From Escherichia phage ev099, in the sequence record NC_049953.1: DNA of 47,224 nt, one strand, 5' to 3'. How positions within the stretch are numbered: the stretch's first letter is position 1; the number at the start of each line of letters is the position of its first letter. Below are positions 25,201-35,180 of this stretch, one piece after another. A program made the translations under genes and the position numbers. Under the pieces are notes generated by a model, which searched no databases, was not told where the DNA came from, and saw only the letters and a program-made list of their open reading frames with translations.

Positions 25201-25953
25201 GTGGATGATATGGCAACTACATGTTCAGTTATATTGATTTTGGAGTCCTTTGATGTTTATTTCGGAAAAGAGAGTGTGTTTCTGGAGAGAGGTTCATCTG
25301 TACTTGTCGACTCTAGCTCTAGAGATTTTTTCCTGACATATCCTGAAAGAGTGATAGTGGCGGATTTTGGCGCTGAGTTTATTAGTCGCTATTTGAAAGC
25401 TAATAACTTAAGGGATATTTATGATTGTAGGGAATATCCATCTTATTTAAAAATAAACTTTGCTGACTTCAGTTTAATTAAAGGATTAATTAGTTGGGCT
25501 AATCACTGTGCTGAATACATAGAAATTTTTGATGAGTCTATTGCTTTTACATGTCTCTCTGCATTTTCTTCTGAAAAACAATTTGGAGTATTTCTGTTTG
25601 AATGTTTGAAAAGCACAGAGGCTAAAGTTAAAACGATTATTCATACGGATTTATCTGCACCATGGCGTCTTAAGGATATATCATCAAGATTATATCTCAG
25701 CGAAAGTTTACTAAAGAGGAAATTGAAAGACGAGGGGGTATCATTCAGTAAGATCATACTTGATGAGAGGATGCAAATGGCTGAATATTTACTCAGCACT
25801 CGTTGTTATCCTATTAGTAAAGTAGCTAAGGTCTGTGGTTATGCCAGTGTCTCATACTTTACTTATGTATTTAGACGTTATTTTGGTGTTTCTCCAAGTC
25901 AATACTCTCAGAGGAGTTCAGAAAGTAAAATTCTTACTCACCAGGGAATCTGA
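25201..25953 (+). CDS. AraC/XylS-family transcriptional regulator (GadX/AppY/EnvY-like), AT-rich
   Basis: 250 aa; C-terminal dual HTH signature ...LKDISSRLYLSESLLKRKLKDEGVSFSKII...VAKVCGYASVSYFTYVFRRYFGVSPSQY; true start may be ATG at 25210. Confidence 0.85.
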   Translation: MDDMATTCSVILILESFDVYFGKESVFLERGSSVLVDSSSRDFFLTYPERVIVADFGAEFISRYLKANNLRDIYDCREYPSYLKINFADFSLIKGLISWANHCAEYIEIFDESIAFTCLSAFSSEKQFGVFLFECLKSTEAKVKTIIHTDLSAPWRLKDISSRLYLSESLLKRKLKDEGVSFSKIILDERMQMAEYLLSTRCYPISKVAKVCGYASVSYFTYVFRRYFGVSPSQYSQRSSESKILTHQGI

Positions 25954-26425
25954 TCATTGTTCTTGCCCCCTTATTTCCAGACAGGGGGTGTATCTTAAGT
26001 TAACGTTACCCGCTGACGTCGATATTCTCGCGGAGAGCGATAACCCAACGCACTGTGCGGATGGTTTTCATTGTAATGTTCGATCGCCACTGCAAGATTA
26101 TGCAATGCCGTTCTTACATTCGGTTTCGGCATGAACGCGATGTAGTCTTCCTTCATCGTTTTCACGAACCTTTCTGCCATTCCATTACTCTGAGGACTGC
26201 TGATTGCCGTTGTGCAGGGCTCCAGATTCAACTCTCTGGCGAACTGCCATGTTTCATGCGCTCTATACGCTGAACCGTTATCTGTCAGCCACTGGATGGA
26301 CTGTTCCGGTACTTTATCGCCAAAGCGTTTTTCTATCGCTCCTAACATGACATCCTGCACTGTCGCTTTATCGTAACCTCCCGTGCTTGCGGCCCAGTCT
26401 ATGGCTTCACGATCGCAACAGTCCA
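25951..26425 (-). mobile_element. IS2-like insertion sequence remnant (3' part of orfB transposase plus terminal inverted repeat)
   Basis: Minus-strand ORF ...[27 protein letters not shown]...[14 protein letters not shown] matches IS2 InsD C-terminus; end sequence ...tctggaaataagggggcaagaacaatgatca resembles IS2 IRR. Confidence 0.8.
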
Positions 26426-26445
26426 GGGCGAACGTAACACGCAGT

Positions 26446-26665
26446 TTTGAATCGCCACGGGTTTAACAGACACCTCAGAGTCATTTAAGATGGCTTAAAG
26501 AGAGGTGCCCATGAGCGGTAAGCGTTATCCCGAAGAGTTTAAAACTGAAGCAGTCAAACAGGTTGTTGATCGCGGTTATTCTGTTGCCAGCGTTGCAACA
26601 CGTCTCGATATCACCACCCACAGCCTTTATGCCTGGATAAAGAAGTACGGTCCGGATTACTCCAC
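26446..26665 (+). mobile_element. IS3-family insertion sequence remnant (left end plus N-terminal orfA fragment)
   Basis: MSGKRYPEEFKTEAVKQVVDRGYSVASVATRLDITTHSLYAWIKKYGP is a typical IS3-family OrfA HTH N-terminus; reading frame degenerates after about 50 codons. Confidence 0.7.
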
Positions 26666-26819
26666 TTTTTCATCAAGCCAATCCGCCCACCACTGCATCA
26701 TTTCTCTGCGCTTATCGAGATACTGAGCGTGGTTGTAAATTCAGCTAACCCAGTGTGTTGACAAAAAATTAGCGCAAGAAGACAAAAATCACCTTGCGCT
26801 AATGCTCTGTCTCAGGTCA

Positions 26820-27036
26820 CTAATACTATCTAAGTAGTTGATTCATAGTGACTGGATATGTTGTGTTTTGTAGCATCATGTAGTCTATTTTTGAGACTAA
26901 AGATATTGTAACACATTGATATTACTGGTTTTTAATGTTTCACGTTCAGCTTTTTTATACTAAGTTGGCATTATAAAAAAGCATTGCTTATCAATTTGTT
27001 GCAACGAACAGGTCACTATCAGTCAAAATAAAATCA
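26820..27036. other. attP: attP phage attachment site (core GCTTTTTTATACTAA at 26949-26963, with P and P' arms)
   Basis: Exact lambda core and conserved P' arm; P arm partly divergent. Confidence 0.9.
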
Positions 27037-28107
27037 TTATTTGATTTCAATTTTGTCCCACTCCCTGCCTCTGTCATCACGATACTGTGATGCCATGGTG
27101 TCCGACTTATGCCCGAGAAGATGTTGAGCAAACTTATCGCTTATCTGCTTCTCATAGAGTCTTGCAGACAAACTGCGCAACTCGTGAAAGGTAGGCGGAT
27201 CCCCTTCGAAGGAAAGACCTGATGCTTTTCGTGCGCGCATAAAATACCTTGATACTGTGCCGGATGAAAGCGGTTCACGACGAGTAGATGCAATTATGGT
27301 TTCTCCGCCAAGAATCTTTTTGCATTTATCAAGTGTTTCCTTCATTGATATCCCGAGAGCATCAACATGCAATGTTGTTGGGATGGCAATTTTTACGCCT
27401 GTTTTGCTTTGCTCGACATAAAGATATCCATCTACGATATCAGACCACTTCATTTCGCATAAATCACCAACTCGCTGCCCGGTAACAACAGCCAGTTCCA
27501 TTGCAAGTCTAAGCCAACATGGTGATGATTCTGCTGCTTGATAAATTTTCAGGTATTCGTCAGCCGTAAGTCTTGATCTCCTTACCTCTGATTTTGCAGC
27601 GCGAGTGGCTGCGACCGGGTTTGTTGTTATATGGCCTTCAGCTATAGCCTCTCGGAATGCATCGCTCAGTGTTGATCTGATTAACTTGGCTGATGCCGCC
27701 TTGCCCTCGTCTATGTATCCATTGAGCATTGCCGCAATTTCTTTTGTGGTGATGTCTTCAAGTGGAGCATCAGGCAGACCCCTCCTTATTGCTTTAATTT
27801 TGCTCATGTAATTTATGAGTGTCTTCTGCTTGATTCCTCTGCTGGCCAGGATTTTTTCGTAGCGATCAAGCCATGAATGTAACGTAACGGAATTATCACT
27901 GTTGATTCTCGCTGTCAGAGGCTTGTGTTTGTGTCCTGAAAATAACTCAATGTTGGCCTGTATAGCTTCAGTGATTGCGATTCGCCTGTCTCGGCCTAAT
28001 CCAAACTCTTTACCCGTCCTTGGGTCCCTGTAGCAGTAATATCCATTGTTTCTTATATAAAGGTTAGGGGGTAAATCCCGGCGCTCATGACTTCGCCTTC
28101 TTCCCAT
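27037..28107 (-). CDS. int: integrase (tyrosine recombinase)
   Basis: 356 aa MGRRRSHERRDLPPNLYIRNNGYYCYRDPRTGKEFGLG...; lambda Int. Confidence 0.97.
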   Translation of the reverse strand: MGRRRSHERRDLPPNLYIRNNGYYCYRDPRTGKEFGLGRDRRIAITEAIQANIELFSGHKHKPLTARINSDNSVTLHSWLDRYEKILASRGIKQKTLINYMSKIKAIRRGLPDAPLEDITTKEIAAMLNGYIDEGKAASAKLIRSTLSDAFREAIAEGHITTNPVAATRAAKSEVRRSRLTADEYLKIYQAAESSPCWLRLAMELAVVTGQRVGDLCEMKWSDIVDGYLYVEQSKTGVKIAIPTTLHVDALGISMKETLDKCKKILGGETIIASTRREPLSSGTVSRYFMRARKASGLSFEGDPPTFHELRSLSARLYEKQISDKFAQHLLGHKSDTMASQYRDDRGREWDKIEIK

Positions 28108-28303
28108 TTCTGATCCTCTTCAAAAGGCTACCTGTTACTGGTCGATTTAAGTCAACCTTTACCGCTGATTCGTGGAACAGATACTCTCTTCCATCCTTAA
28201 CCGGAGGAGGGAATATCCTGCACTCGCGTACCCATCGACGAACTGTTTCAAGGCTTCTTGGGCGTCGCTGGCGTGCGTTCCACTCCTGAAGTGTCAAGTA
28301 CAT
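28085..28303 (-). CDS. xis: excisionase
   Basis: 72 aa MYLTLQEWNARQRRPRSLETVRRWVRECRIFPPPVKDGREYLF... Confidence 0.95.
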   Translation of the reverse strand: MYLTLQEWNARQRRPRSLETVRRWVRECRIFPPPVKDGREYLFHESAVKVDLNRPVTGSLLKRIRNGKKAKS

Positions 28304-28342
28304 CGCAAAGTCTCCGCAATTACACGCAAGAAAAAACCGCCA

Positions 28343-28510
28343 TCAGGCGGCTTGGTGTTCTTTCAGTTCTTCAATTCGAATATTGGTTACGTCTGCATGT
28401 GCTATCTGCGCCCACAGCATCCAGTGGTCATAGCAGTCGCTGATGTTCTCGGCTTCGATAACTCTGTTGAATGGTTCTCCATTCCATTCACCTGTGACTC
28501 GGAAGTGCAT
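28343..28510 (-). CDS. small hypothetical protein (lambda orf55 position)
   Basis: 55-aa ORF MHFRVTGEWNGEPFNRVIEAENISDCYDHWMLWAQIAHADV... below ORF-track size cutoff; followed by a hairpin plus T-run. Confidence 0.45.
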   Translation of the reverse strand: MHFRVTGEWNGEPFNRVIEAENISDCYDHWMLWAQIAHADVTNIRIEELKEHQAA

Positions 28511-28704
28511 TTATCATCTCCATAAAAAAAACTCGCCGTAGCGAGTTCAGATAAAAGAAATCCCCGCGAGTGCGAGGATAGTTATTCATTGTCGATATTT
28601 ACATTTATTTCGAATATCTTTACTGGGTAATCGCCAAAGTCATATATTTTTTATTCTGTTTTATAAGCACTACCAAGTACTGCTTATTACAAATAAGAAA
28701 AGGC

Positions 28705-28736
28705 TGAAAAAAATATTTAAGGCCACAACTGTGGCC
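28705..28736 (-). terminator. rho-independent terminator downstream of the DUF1311 gene
   Basis: Minus strand: ggccacagttgtggcc hairpin followed by ttaaatattttttt. Confidence 0.7.
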
Positions 28737-28746
28737 CTAAATTTAC

Positions 28747-29445
28747 TTACGGCACTGCGTTAATCAGATTACAAATACCTCTTTTGGCAGGGTCTGAATT
28801 CAACTTCTGAAAATTGGCGTTCAACATAGCCGTGTGTAAGTGATTCTCAACCTCAAAGAATAGGTCGATTTTGCCCTCTTTGGCTGCCTGTTTCTTCCAA
28901 ATATTCACTTGGTCATCAGCAATACGACTAGCGCAAGTGAACAAGAACGAACTGCCTCTAGGAATGGATGTCGTGCTGTAATACTCACCATCTACTTCTA
29001 CATATTTAGCTCGGAATGACTCTAAGGTTAGCTTATTGCCGTTCTTGACCGACTTAGCTTCTGCCTTACTTGTATCTTCCTGCTCTTTAGAATGTTTCTG
29101 CGCCGACGTGGGTATGTCATTGGCCGCTGTTACGCTGACTGAACTCCCCAAACCTTTGAGGCCATTAATTTGGATAAGATAAGCCAGCTCCAGAGCCTTA
29201 TTATCAGTGAGTTTTCCACGCATATTTACCCACTGACGTTGAACCATTTTTAGGGTGTCTGCGTTCTCTGGGTTTCCTTTGAGGGCACTAGAATAGGCAG
29301 AGCTAAGCTGTTCGTCTAATTTTGACAGACGTTCGTTATCGCAGATTTTATGTTCGATTGCTGTCGAAGCCTTTTGGCAGTCAAAGCTGGCTGCAAATGC
29401 ACCCGGCGATGCCACTAACAATGATGCCAGTAGGATATTTTTCAT
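28747..29445 (-). CDS. secreted DUF1311 / LprI-like (lysozyme-inhibitor-like) domain protein; moron at the ea8.5 position
   Basis: Signal peptide MKNILLASLLVASPGAFA; then FDCQKASTAIEHKICDNERLSKLDEQLSSAYSSAL... matching the DUF1311 Cys/Leu pattern; GGAG RBS before ATG at 29445. Confidence 0.75.
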   Translation of the reverse strand: MKNILLASLLVASPGAFAASFDCQKASTAIEHKICDNERLSKLDEQLSSAYSSALKGNPENADTLKMVQRQWVNMRGKLTDNKALELAYLIQINGLKGLGSSVSVTAANDIPTSAQKHSKEQEDTSKAEAKSVKNGNKLTLESFRAKYVEVDGEYYSTTSIPRGSSFLFTCASRIADDQVNIWKKQAAKEGKIDLFFEVENHLHTAMLNANFQKLNSDPAKRGICNLINAVP

Positions 29446-29575
29446 ATTCACTCCATAAATACAAAAGCGCATTACTATAGCACTTAACCGATCGCTTATC
29501 TCGCCCGTTCGTCATTCTTATCTAACCAGAACATGCGACTGCCACAGCACATGTCGAGGATTGCTGCATGTCCAG

Positions 29576-30124
29576 TCACTGGTTGCCTCCTTTGCGAAGC
29601 TGGGCGGCTAACTCATCACATATGTGCGTCAAAGAGCAAAGTTTGATTGATGGATGTTCGCGCATCATCTCCACCCCCTGCGCCCGTACTTCAGCCAGGA
29701 AAGCATCGGTGGCTGGCATATTTCCTGTTGCCTTCATGGCCTCCAAAATAACCAGAACACCATCTCTCCCAATCTCCTCGCAGATAACCTCGGTGCTGTC
29801 GCCAACAACATCGCAGAATTCCTGAACTGCTTTACGAGCCAGCTCATTCTCCGCCGCCAGCGCCGAAAACTTCTCGTGTGCCAACTTAACAGCTGCATCA
29901 GCCTGCTTAATTGACTCAGTCGCTTTCTGGTGGTCTTCGGCCAGCCCTGCTAAATCAGCCTCCAGTTCGGCTAGGCGTTCATTTAATGCATCTCGTTCAT
30001 CCAGTAGAGCCAGCACAACCTGAGGTGTGACCTTCATACGAAATGCCAGCAATTTTTGAGGTGTTGCTACTGTTTCAATTGCTACTGCCGCCTCACGCAG
30101 TGCCTGAGAGTTAATTTCGCTCAC
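29576..30124 (-). CDS. ea22: Ea22 early protein
   Basis: 182-aa ORF in the lambda ea22 position. Confidence 0.85.
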   Translation of the reverse strand: MSEINSQALREAAVAIETVATPQKLLAFRMKVTPQVVLALLDERDALNERLAELEADLAGLAEDHQKATESIKQADAAVKLAHEKFSALAAENELARKAVQEFCDVVGDSTEVICEEIGRDGVLVILEAMKATGNMPATDAFLAEVRAQGVEMMREHPSIKLCSLTHICDELAAQLRKGGNQ

Positions 30125-30342
30125 TTCGAACCTCTCTGTTTACTGATAAGTTCCAGATCCTCCTGGCAACTTGCACAAGTCCGACAACCCTGAACGGCCA
30201 AGCGTCTTCGTTCATCTATCGGATCGCCACACTCACAACAATGAGTGGCAGATATAGCCTGGTGGTTCAGGCGGCGCATTTTTATTGCTGTGTTGCGCTG
30301 TAATTCTTCAATTTCTGATGCTGAATCAATGATGTCTGCCAT
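30121..30342 (-). CDS. TraR/DksA-like C4 zinc-finger protein (lambda Orf73)
   Basis: 73 aa with CCECGDPIDERRRLAVQGCRTCASC; ATGA overlap with ea22. Confidence 0.85.
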   Translation of the reverse strand: MADIIDSASEIEELQRNTAIKMRRLNHQAISATHCCECGDPIDERRRLAVQGCRTCASCQEDLELISKQRGSK

Positions 30343-30440
30343 CTTTCATTAATCCCTGAATTGTTGGTTAATACGCTTGAGGGTGAATGCGAATAATAAA
30401 AAAGGAGCCTGTAGCTCCCTGATGATTTTGCTTTTCATGT

Positions 30441-30656
30441 TCACCGTTCCTTAAAGACGCCGTTCAACATGCCGATCGCCAGGCTTAAATGAGTCGGTGT
30501 GAATCCCATCAGCGTTACCGTTTCGCGGTGCTTCTTTAGTACGCTACGGCAAATGTCATCGACGTTTTTATCCGGAAACTGCTGTCTGGCTTTTTTGATT
30601 TCAGAATTAGCCTGACGGGCAATGCTGCGAAGGGCGTTTTCTTGCTGAGGTGTCAT
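30441..30656 (-). CDS. small hypothetical early-left operon protein
   Basis: ORF MTPQQENALRSIARQANSEIKKARQQ...; start choice uncertain. Confidence 0.45.
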   Translation of the reverse strand: MTPQQENALRSIARQANSEIKKARQQFPDKNVDDICRSVLKKHRETVTLMGFTPTHLSLAIGMLNGVFKER

Positions 30657-30732
30657 TGAACAAGCCCCATGTCGGCAAGCATAAGCACACAGAATATGAA
30701 GCCCGCTGCCAGAAAAATGCATTCAGTGGTTG

Positions 30733-30924
30733 TCATACCTGGTCTCTCTCATCTGCTTCTGCTTTCGCCACCATCATTTCCAGCTTTTGTGAAAGGGATG
30801 CGGCTAACGTATGAAATTCTTCGTCTGTTTCTACTGGTATTGGCACAAACCTGACTCCAATTTGAGCGAGGCTATGTGCCATCTCGATACTCGTTCTTAA
30901 CTCAACGGGAGATGCTTTGTGCAT
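30733..30924 (-). CDS. hypothetical protein (lambda orf63-like)
   Basis: 63-aa ORF in lambda order. Confidence 0.6.
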   Translation of the reverse strand: MHKASPVELRTSIEMAHSLAQIGVRFVPIPVETDEEFHTLAASLSQKLEMMVAKAEADERDQV

Positions 30925-31085
30925 ACAGCTCCCCGTTTATTATTTATCTCCTCAGCCAGCCGCTGTGCTTTCAGGGGATTTCTGATAACAGAAAGGCCGG
31001 GAAATACCCAGCCTCGCTTTGTAATGGAGTAGACGAAAGTGATCGCGCCTACCCGGATATTATCGTGAGGATGCGTCATCGCCAT
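30897..31085 (-). CDS. hypothetical protein (lambda orf60a-like)
   Basis: Approx 60-aa ORF immediately upstream of exo. Confidence 0.55.
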   Translation of the reverse strand: MAMTHPHDNIRVGAITFVYSITKRGWVFPGLSVIRNPLKAQRLAEEINNKRGAVCTKHLPLS

Positions 31086-31756
31086 TGCTCCCCAAATACA
31101 AAACCAATTTCAGCCAGTGCCTCGTCCATTTTTTCGATGAACTCCGGCACCATCTCGTCAAAACTCGCCATGTAATTTTCATCCCGCTCAACCACGACAT
31201 AATGCAGGCCTTCACGCTTCATTCGTGGGTCATAGTTGGCAAAGTACCAGGCATCTTTTCGCGTCACCCACATGCTGTACTGCACCTGGGCCATGTAAGC
31301 CGATTTTATGGCCTCGAAACCACCGAGCCGGAACTTCATGAAATCCCGGGAGGTAAACGGGCATTTCAGTTCAAGGCCGTTGCCGTCACTGCATAAACCA
31401 TCGGGAGAGCAGGCGGTGCGCATACTTTCGTCGCGATAGATGATCGGGGATTCAGTAACATTAACGCCGGAAGTGAACTCAAAGAGGGTTCTGGCGTCGT
31501 TCTCGTACTGTTTTCCCCAGGCCAGCGCCTTAGCGTTAACTTCCGGAGCCACACCGGTGCAAACCTCAGCCAGCAGGGTGTGGAAGTAGGACATTTTCAT
31601 GTCAGGCCACTTCTTTCCTGAGCGGGGCTTTGCTATCACGTTGTGAACTTCTGAAGCGGTGATGACGCCGAGCCGTAATTTGTGCCATGCATCATCCCCC
31701 TGTTCGACAGCTCTCACGTCGATCCCGGTACGCTGCAGGATAATGTCCGGTGTCAT
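31076..31756 (-). CDS. exo: lambda exonuclease (Red alpha)
   Basis: 226 aa [38 protein letters not shown]... Confidence 0.97.
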   Translation of the reverse strand: MTPDIILQRTGIDVRAVEQGDDAWHKLRLGVITASEVHNVIAKPRSGKKWPDMKMSYFHTLLAEVCTGVAPEVNAKALAWGKQYENDARTLFEFTSGVNVTESPIIYRDESMRTACSPDGLCSDGNGLELKCPFTSRDFMKFRLGGFEAIKSAYMAQVQYSMWVTRKDAWYFANYDPRMKREGLHYVVVERDENYMASFDEMVPEFIEKMDEALAEIGFVFGEQWR

Positions 31757-32538
31757 GCAGCCACCTTCTGTTCAGAGGCTTTCTGTTTCAGGAATCCAAG
31801 AGCTTTCATTGCTTCGGCCTGTGTCAGTTCTGACGATGCGCGAATGTCGCGGCGAAATATCTGGGAACAGAGCGGCAATAAGTCGTCATCCCATGTTTTG
31901 TCCAGGGCAATCAGCATAGTGTTAATCTCCTGCATGGTTTCATCGTTAACCGGAGTGATGTCGCGTTCCGGCTGACGTTCTGCAGTGTATGCGGTATTTT
32001 CGACAATGCGCTCGGCTTCATCCTTGTCATAGATACCAGCAAATCCGAAGGCCAGACGGGCACACTGAATCATGGCTTTATGCCGTAACATCCGTTTGGG
32101 ATGCGACTGCCACGGTCCGGTGATTTCTCTGCCTTCGCGGGTTTTGAATGGTTCGCGGCGGCATTCATCCATCCACTCGGTAACGCAGATCGGATGATTA
32201 CGGTCCTTGCGGTAAATCCGGCATGTACATGATTCATTGTCCTGCTCAAAGTCCATGCCATCAAACTGCTGGTTTTCATTGATGATACGGGACCAGCCAT
32301 CAACGCCCACCACCGGAACGATGCCGTTCTGCTTGTCAGGGAAGGCGTAAATTTCTTTCGTCCACGGATTAAGGCCGTACTGGTTGGCGACGATCAACAA
32401 TGCGATGAACTGCGCATCGCTGGCATCGCCTTTAAATGCCGTCTGGCGAAGAGTGGTGATCAGTTCCTGTGGGTCGACAGAATCCATGCCGACACGTTCA
32501 GCCAGCTTCCCTGCCAGCGTTGCGAGTGCTGTACTCAT
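31753..32538 (-). CDS. bet: Bet single-strand annealing protein (Red beta)
   Basis: 261 aa [37 protein letters not shown]... Confidence 0.97.
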   Translation of the reverse strand: MSTALATLAGKLAERVGMDSVDPQELITTLRQTAFKGDASDAQFIALLIVANQYGLNPWTKEIYAFPDKQNGIVPVVGVDGWSRIINENQQFDGMDFEQDNESCTCRIYRKDRNHPICVTEWMDECRREPFKTREGREITGPWQSHPKRMLRHKAMIQCARLAFGFAGIYDKDEAERIVENTAYTAERQPERDITPVNDETMQEINTMLIALDKTWDDDLLPLCSQIFRRDIRASSELTQAEAMKALGFLKQKASEQKVAA

Positions 32539-32543
32539 CCGTT

Positions 32544-32960
32544 TTATACCTCTGAATCAATATCAACCTGATGGTGAGCAATGGTTTCAACCATGTACCG
32601 GATGTGTTCTGCCATGCGCTCCTGAAACTCAACATCGTCATCAAACGCACGGGTAATGGCTTTTTTGCTGGCCCCGTGGCGTTGCAAATGATCGATGCAT
32701 AGCGATTCAAACAGGTGCTGGGGCAGGCCTTTTTCCATGTCGTCTGCCAGTTCTGCCTCTTTCTCTTCACGGGCTATCTGCTGGTAGTGACGCGCCCAGC
32801 TCTGAGCCTCAAGACGATCCTGAATGTAATAAGCGTTCATGGCCGAACTCCTGAAATAGCTGTGAAAATATCGCCCGCGAAATGCCGGGCTGATTAGGAA
32901 AACAGGAAAGGGGGTTAGTGAATGCTTTTGCTTGATCTCAGTTTCAGTATTAATATCCAT
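32544..32960 (-). CDS. gam: Gam RecBCD inhibitor
   Basis: 138 aa [36 protein letters not shown]... Confidence 0.95.
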   Translation of the reverse strand: MDINTETEIKQKHSLTPFPVFLISPAFRGRYFHSYFRSSAMNAYYIQDRLEAQSWARHYQQIAREEKEAELADDMEKGLPQHLFESLCIDHLQRHGASKKAITRAFDDDVEFQERMAEHIRYMVETIAHHQVDIDSEV

Positions 32961-33058
32961 TTTTTATAAGCGTCGACGGCCTCACGAAACATCTTTTCAT
33001 CGCCAATAAAAGTGGCAATAGTGAATTTTGTCTGGATAGCCATAAGTTTTTTATCCAT
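32915..33058 (-). CDS. kil: Kil host-killing protein
   Basis: 47 aa [47 protein letters not shown]. Confidence 0.8.
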   Translation of the reverse strand: MDKKLMAIQTKFTIATFIGDEKMFREAVDAYKKWILILKLRSSKSIH

Positions 33059-33191
33059 TTTTGGGTACTCCTGGCTGATTAAGTATGTCGATAAGGCGTT
33101 TCCATCCGTCACGTAATTTACGGGTGATTCGTTCAAGTAAAGATTCGGAAGGGCAGCCAGCAACAGGCCACCCTGCAATGGCATATTGCAT
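33051..33191 (-). CDS. cIII: CIII FtsH/HflB inhibitor (46 codons here)
   Basis: [46 protein letters not shown] then TAA. Confidence 0.85.
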   Translation of the reverse strand: MQYAIAGWPVAGCPSESLLERITRKLRDGWKRLIDILNQPGVPKNG

Positions 33192-33263
33192 GGTGTGCTC
33201 CTTATTTATACATAACGAAAAACGCCTCGAGTGAAGCGTTATTGGTATGCGGTAAAGCCGCAC

Positions 33264-33632
33264 TCAGGCGGCCTTGATAGCCATATCATCTGAATCAAAT
33301 ATTCCTGATGTATCGATATCGGTAATTCTTATTCCTTCGCTACCATCCATTGGAGGCCATCCTTCCTGACCATTTCCATCATTCCAGTCGAACTCACACA
33401 CAACACCATATGCATTTAAGTCGCTTGAAATTGCTATAAGCAGAGCATGTTGCGCCAGCATGATTAATACAGCATTTAATACAGAGCCGTGTTTATTGAG
33501 TCGGTATTCAGAGTCTGACCAGAAATTATTAATCTGGTGAAGTTTTTCCTCTGTCATTACGTCATGGTCGATTTCAATTTCTATTGATGCTTTCCAGTCG
33601 TAATCAATGATGTATTTTTTGATGTTTGACAC
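33264..33632 (-). CDS. ea10: Ea10 (Ssb-like) early protein
   Basis: 122 aa ORF in lambda position. Confidence 0.85.
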   Translation of the reverse strand: MSNIKKYIIDYDWKASIEIEIDHDVMTEEKLHQINNFWSDSEYRLNKHGSVLNAVLIMLAQHALLIAISSDLNAYGVVCEFDWNDGNGQEGWPPMDGSEGIRITDIDTSGIFDSDDMAIKAA

Positions 33633-33801
33633 CTATTCATATCCTCATAGATAAAAAATCGCCCTCACACTGGAGGGCAAAGAAGATTTCCAATAATCAG
33701 AACAAGTCGGCTCCTGTTTAGTTACGAGCGACATTGCTCCGTGTATTCACTCGTTGGAATAAATACACAGTGCAGTGTTTATTAGTATGCCTGTCTTTTA
33801 A

Positions 33802-34699
<898 letters not shown>

Positions 34700-34856
34700 C
34701 TGGATTCTCTTGTCAGTTAGCTTTGGTGGTGTGTGGGAGTCGTAGTCCTGAACGAAAACACCCCACGATTGGCTCATTTGCAGCTAATCCGGATTCGCAC
34801 TTCCGGCCAATGTTTCGTTTCGTATCACACACCCCAAAGCCTTCTGCTTTGAATGC

Positions 34857-34887
34857 TGCCCTTCTTCAGGGCTTAATTTTTAAGAGC
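34857..34887 (-). promoter_or_regulatory. nutL (boxA and boxB hairpin GCCCTGAAGAAGGGC)
   Basis: Minus strand tgctcttaaaaattaagccctgaagaagggc. Confidence 0.85.
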
Positions 34888-34924
34888 ATCACCTTCATGT
34901 GGGTTAGTGCGTCCTGCTGGTGTG

Positions 34925-34990
34925 TTTAGTATCACCGCTAGTGGTATTTGTGTCAACACCGCCAGAGATAATTTATCACCGCAGATGGTT
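34925..34990 (-). promoter_or_regulatory. pL promoter with operators OL1-OL2-OL3
   Basis: TTGACA / 17 bp / GATACT on minus strand; operators TATCACCGCTAGTGGTA, CAACACCGCCAGAGATA, TATCACCGCAGATGGTT. Confidence 0.9.
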
Positions 34991-35144
34991 ATCTGTATGT
35001 TTTTTATATAGATTTATTTTTTGCAGGGTTGTGTGGCTTGGGAGGTGATCGAGAGATCAGAATTGCGTTGTTTAGTGAGTTGCACCTATTAATTTTAAAA
35101 TAAATACAATTGGTTATGTGTTTTTAGGTGGGGCGATCGTGAGG

Positions 35145-35171
35145 CAAAGAAAACCCGGCTCGGTGGCCGGG
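35145..35171 (-). terminator. rho-independent terminator immediately downstream of the NYN-domain gene, before OL
   Basis: Minus strand cccggccaccgagccggg hairpin followed by ttttcttt, 10 nt after the stop. Confidence 0.75.
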
Positions 35172-35180
35172 TTGATGGGA

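Noticed and set aside
24996-25208. 70-aa hydrophobic ORF in the AT-rich region upstream of the AraC-like gene
   Set aside because: Extreme AT-rich codon composition, no RBS, overlaps the probable promoter region of the regulator; more likely non-coding
23705-26665. CRISPR array or other regular spaced repeats in the replaced b region
   Set aside because: No repeat-spacer periodicity found; only isolated hairpins and IS terminal repeats
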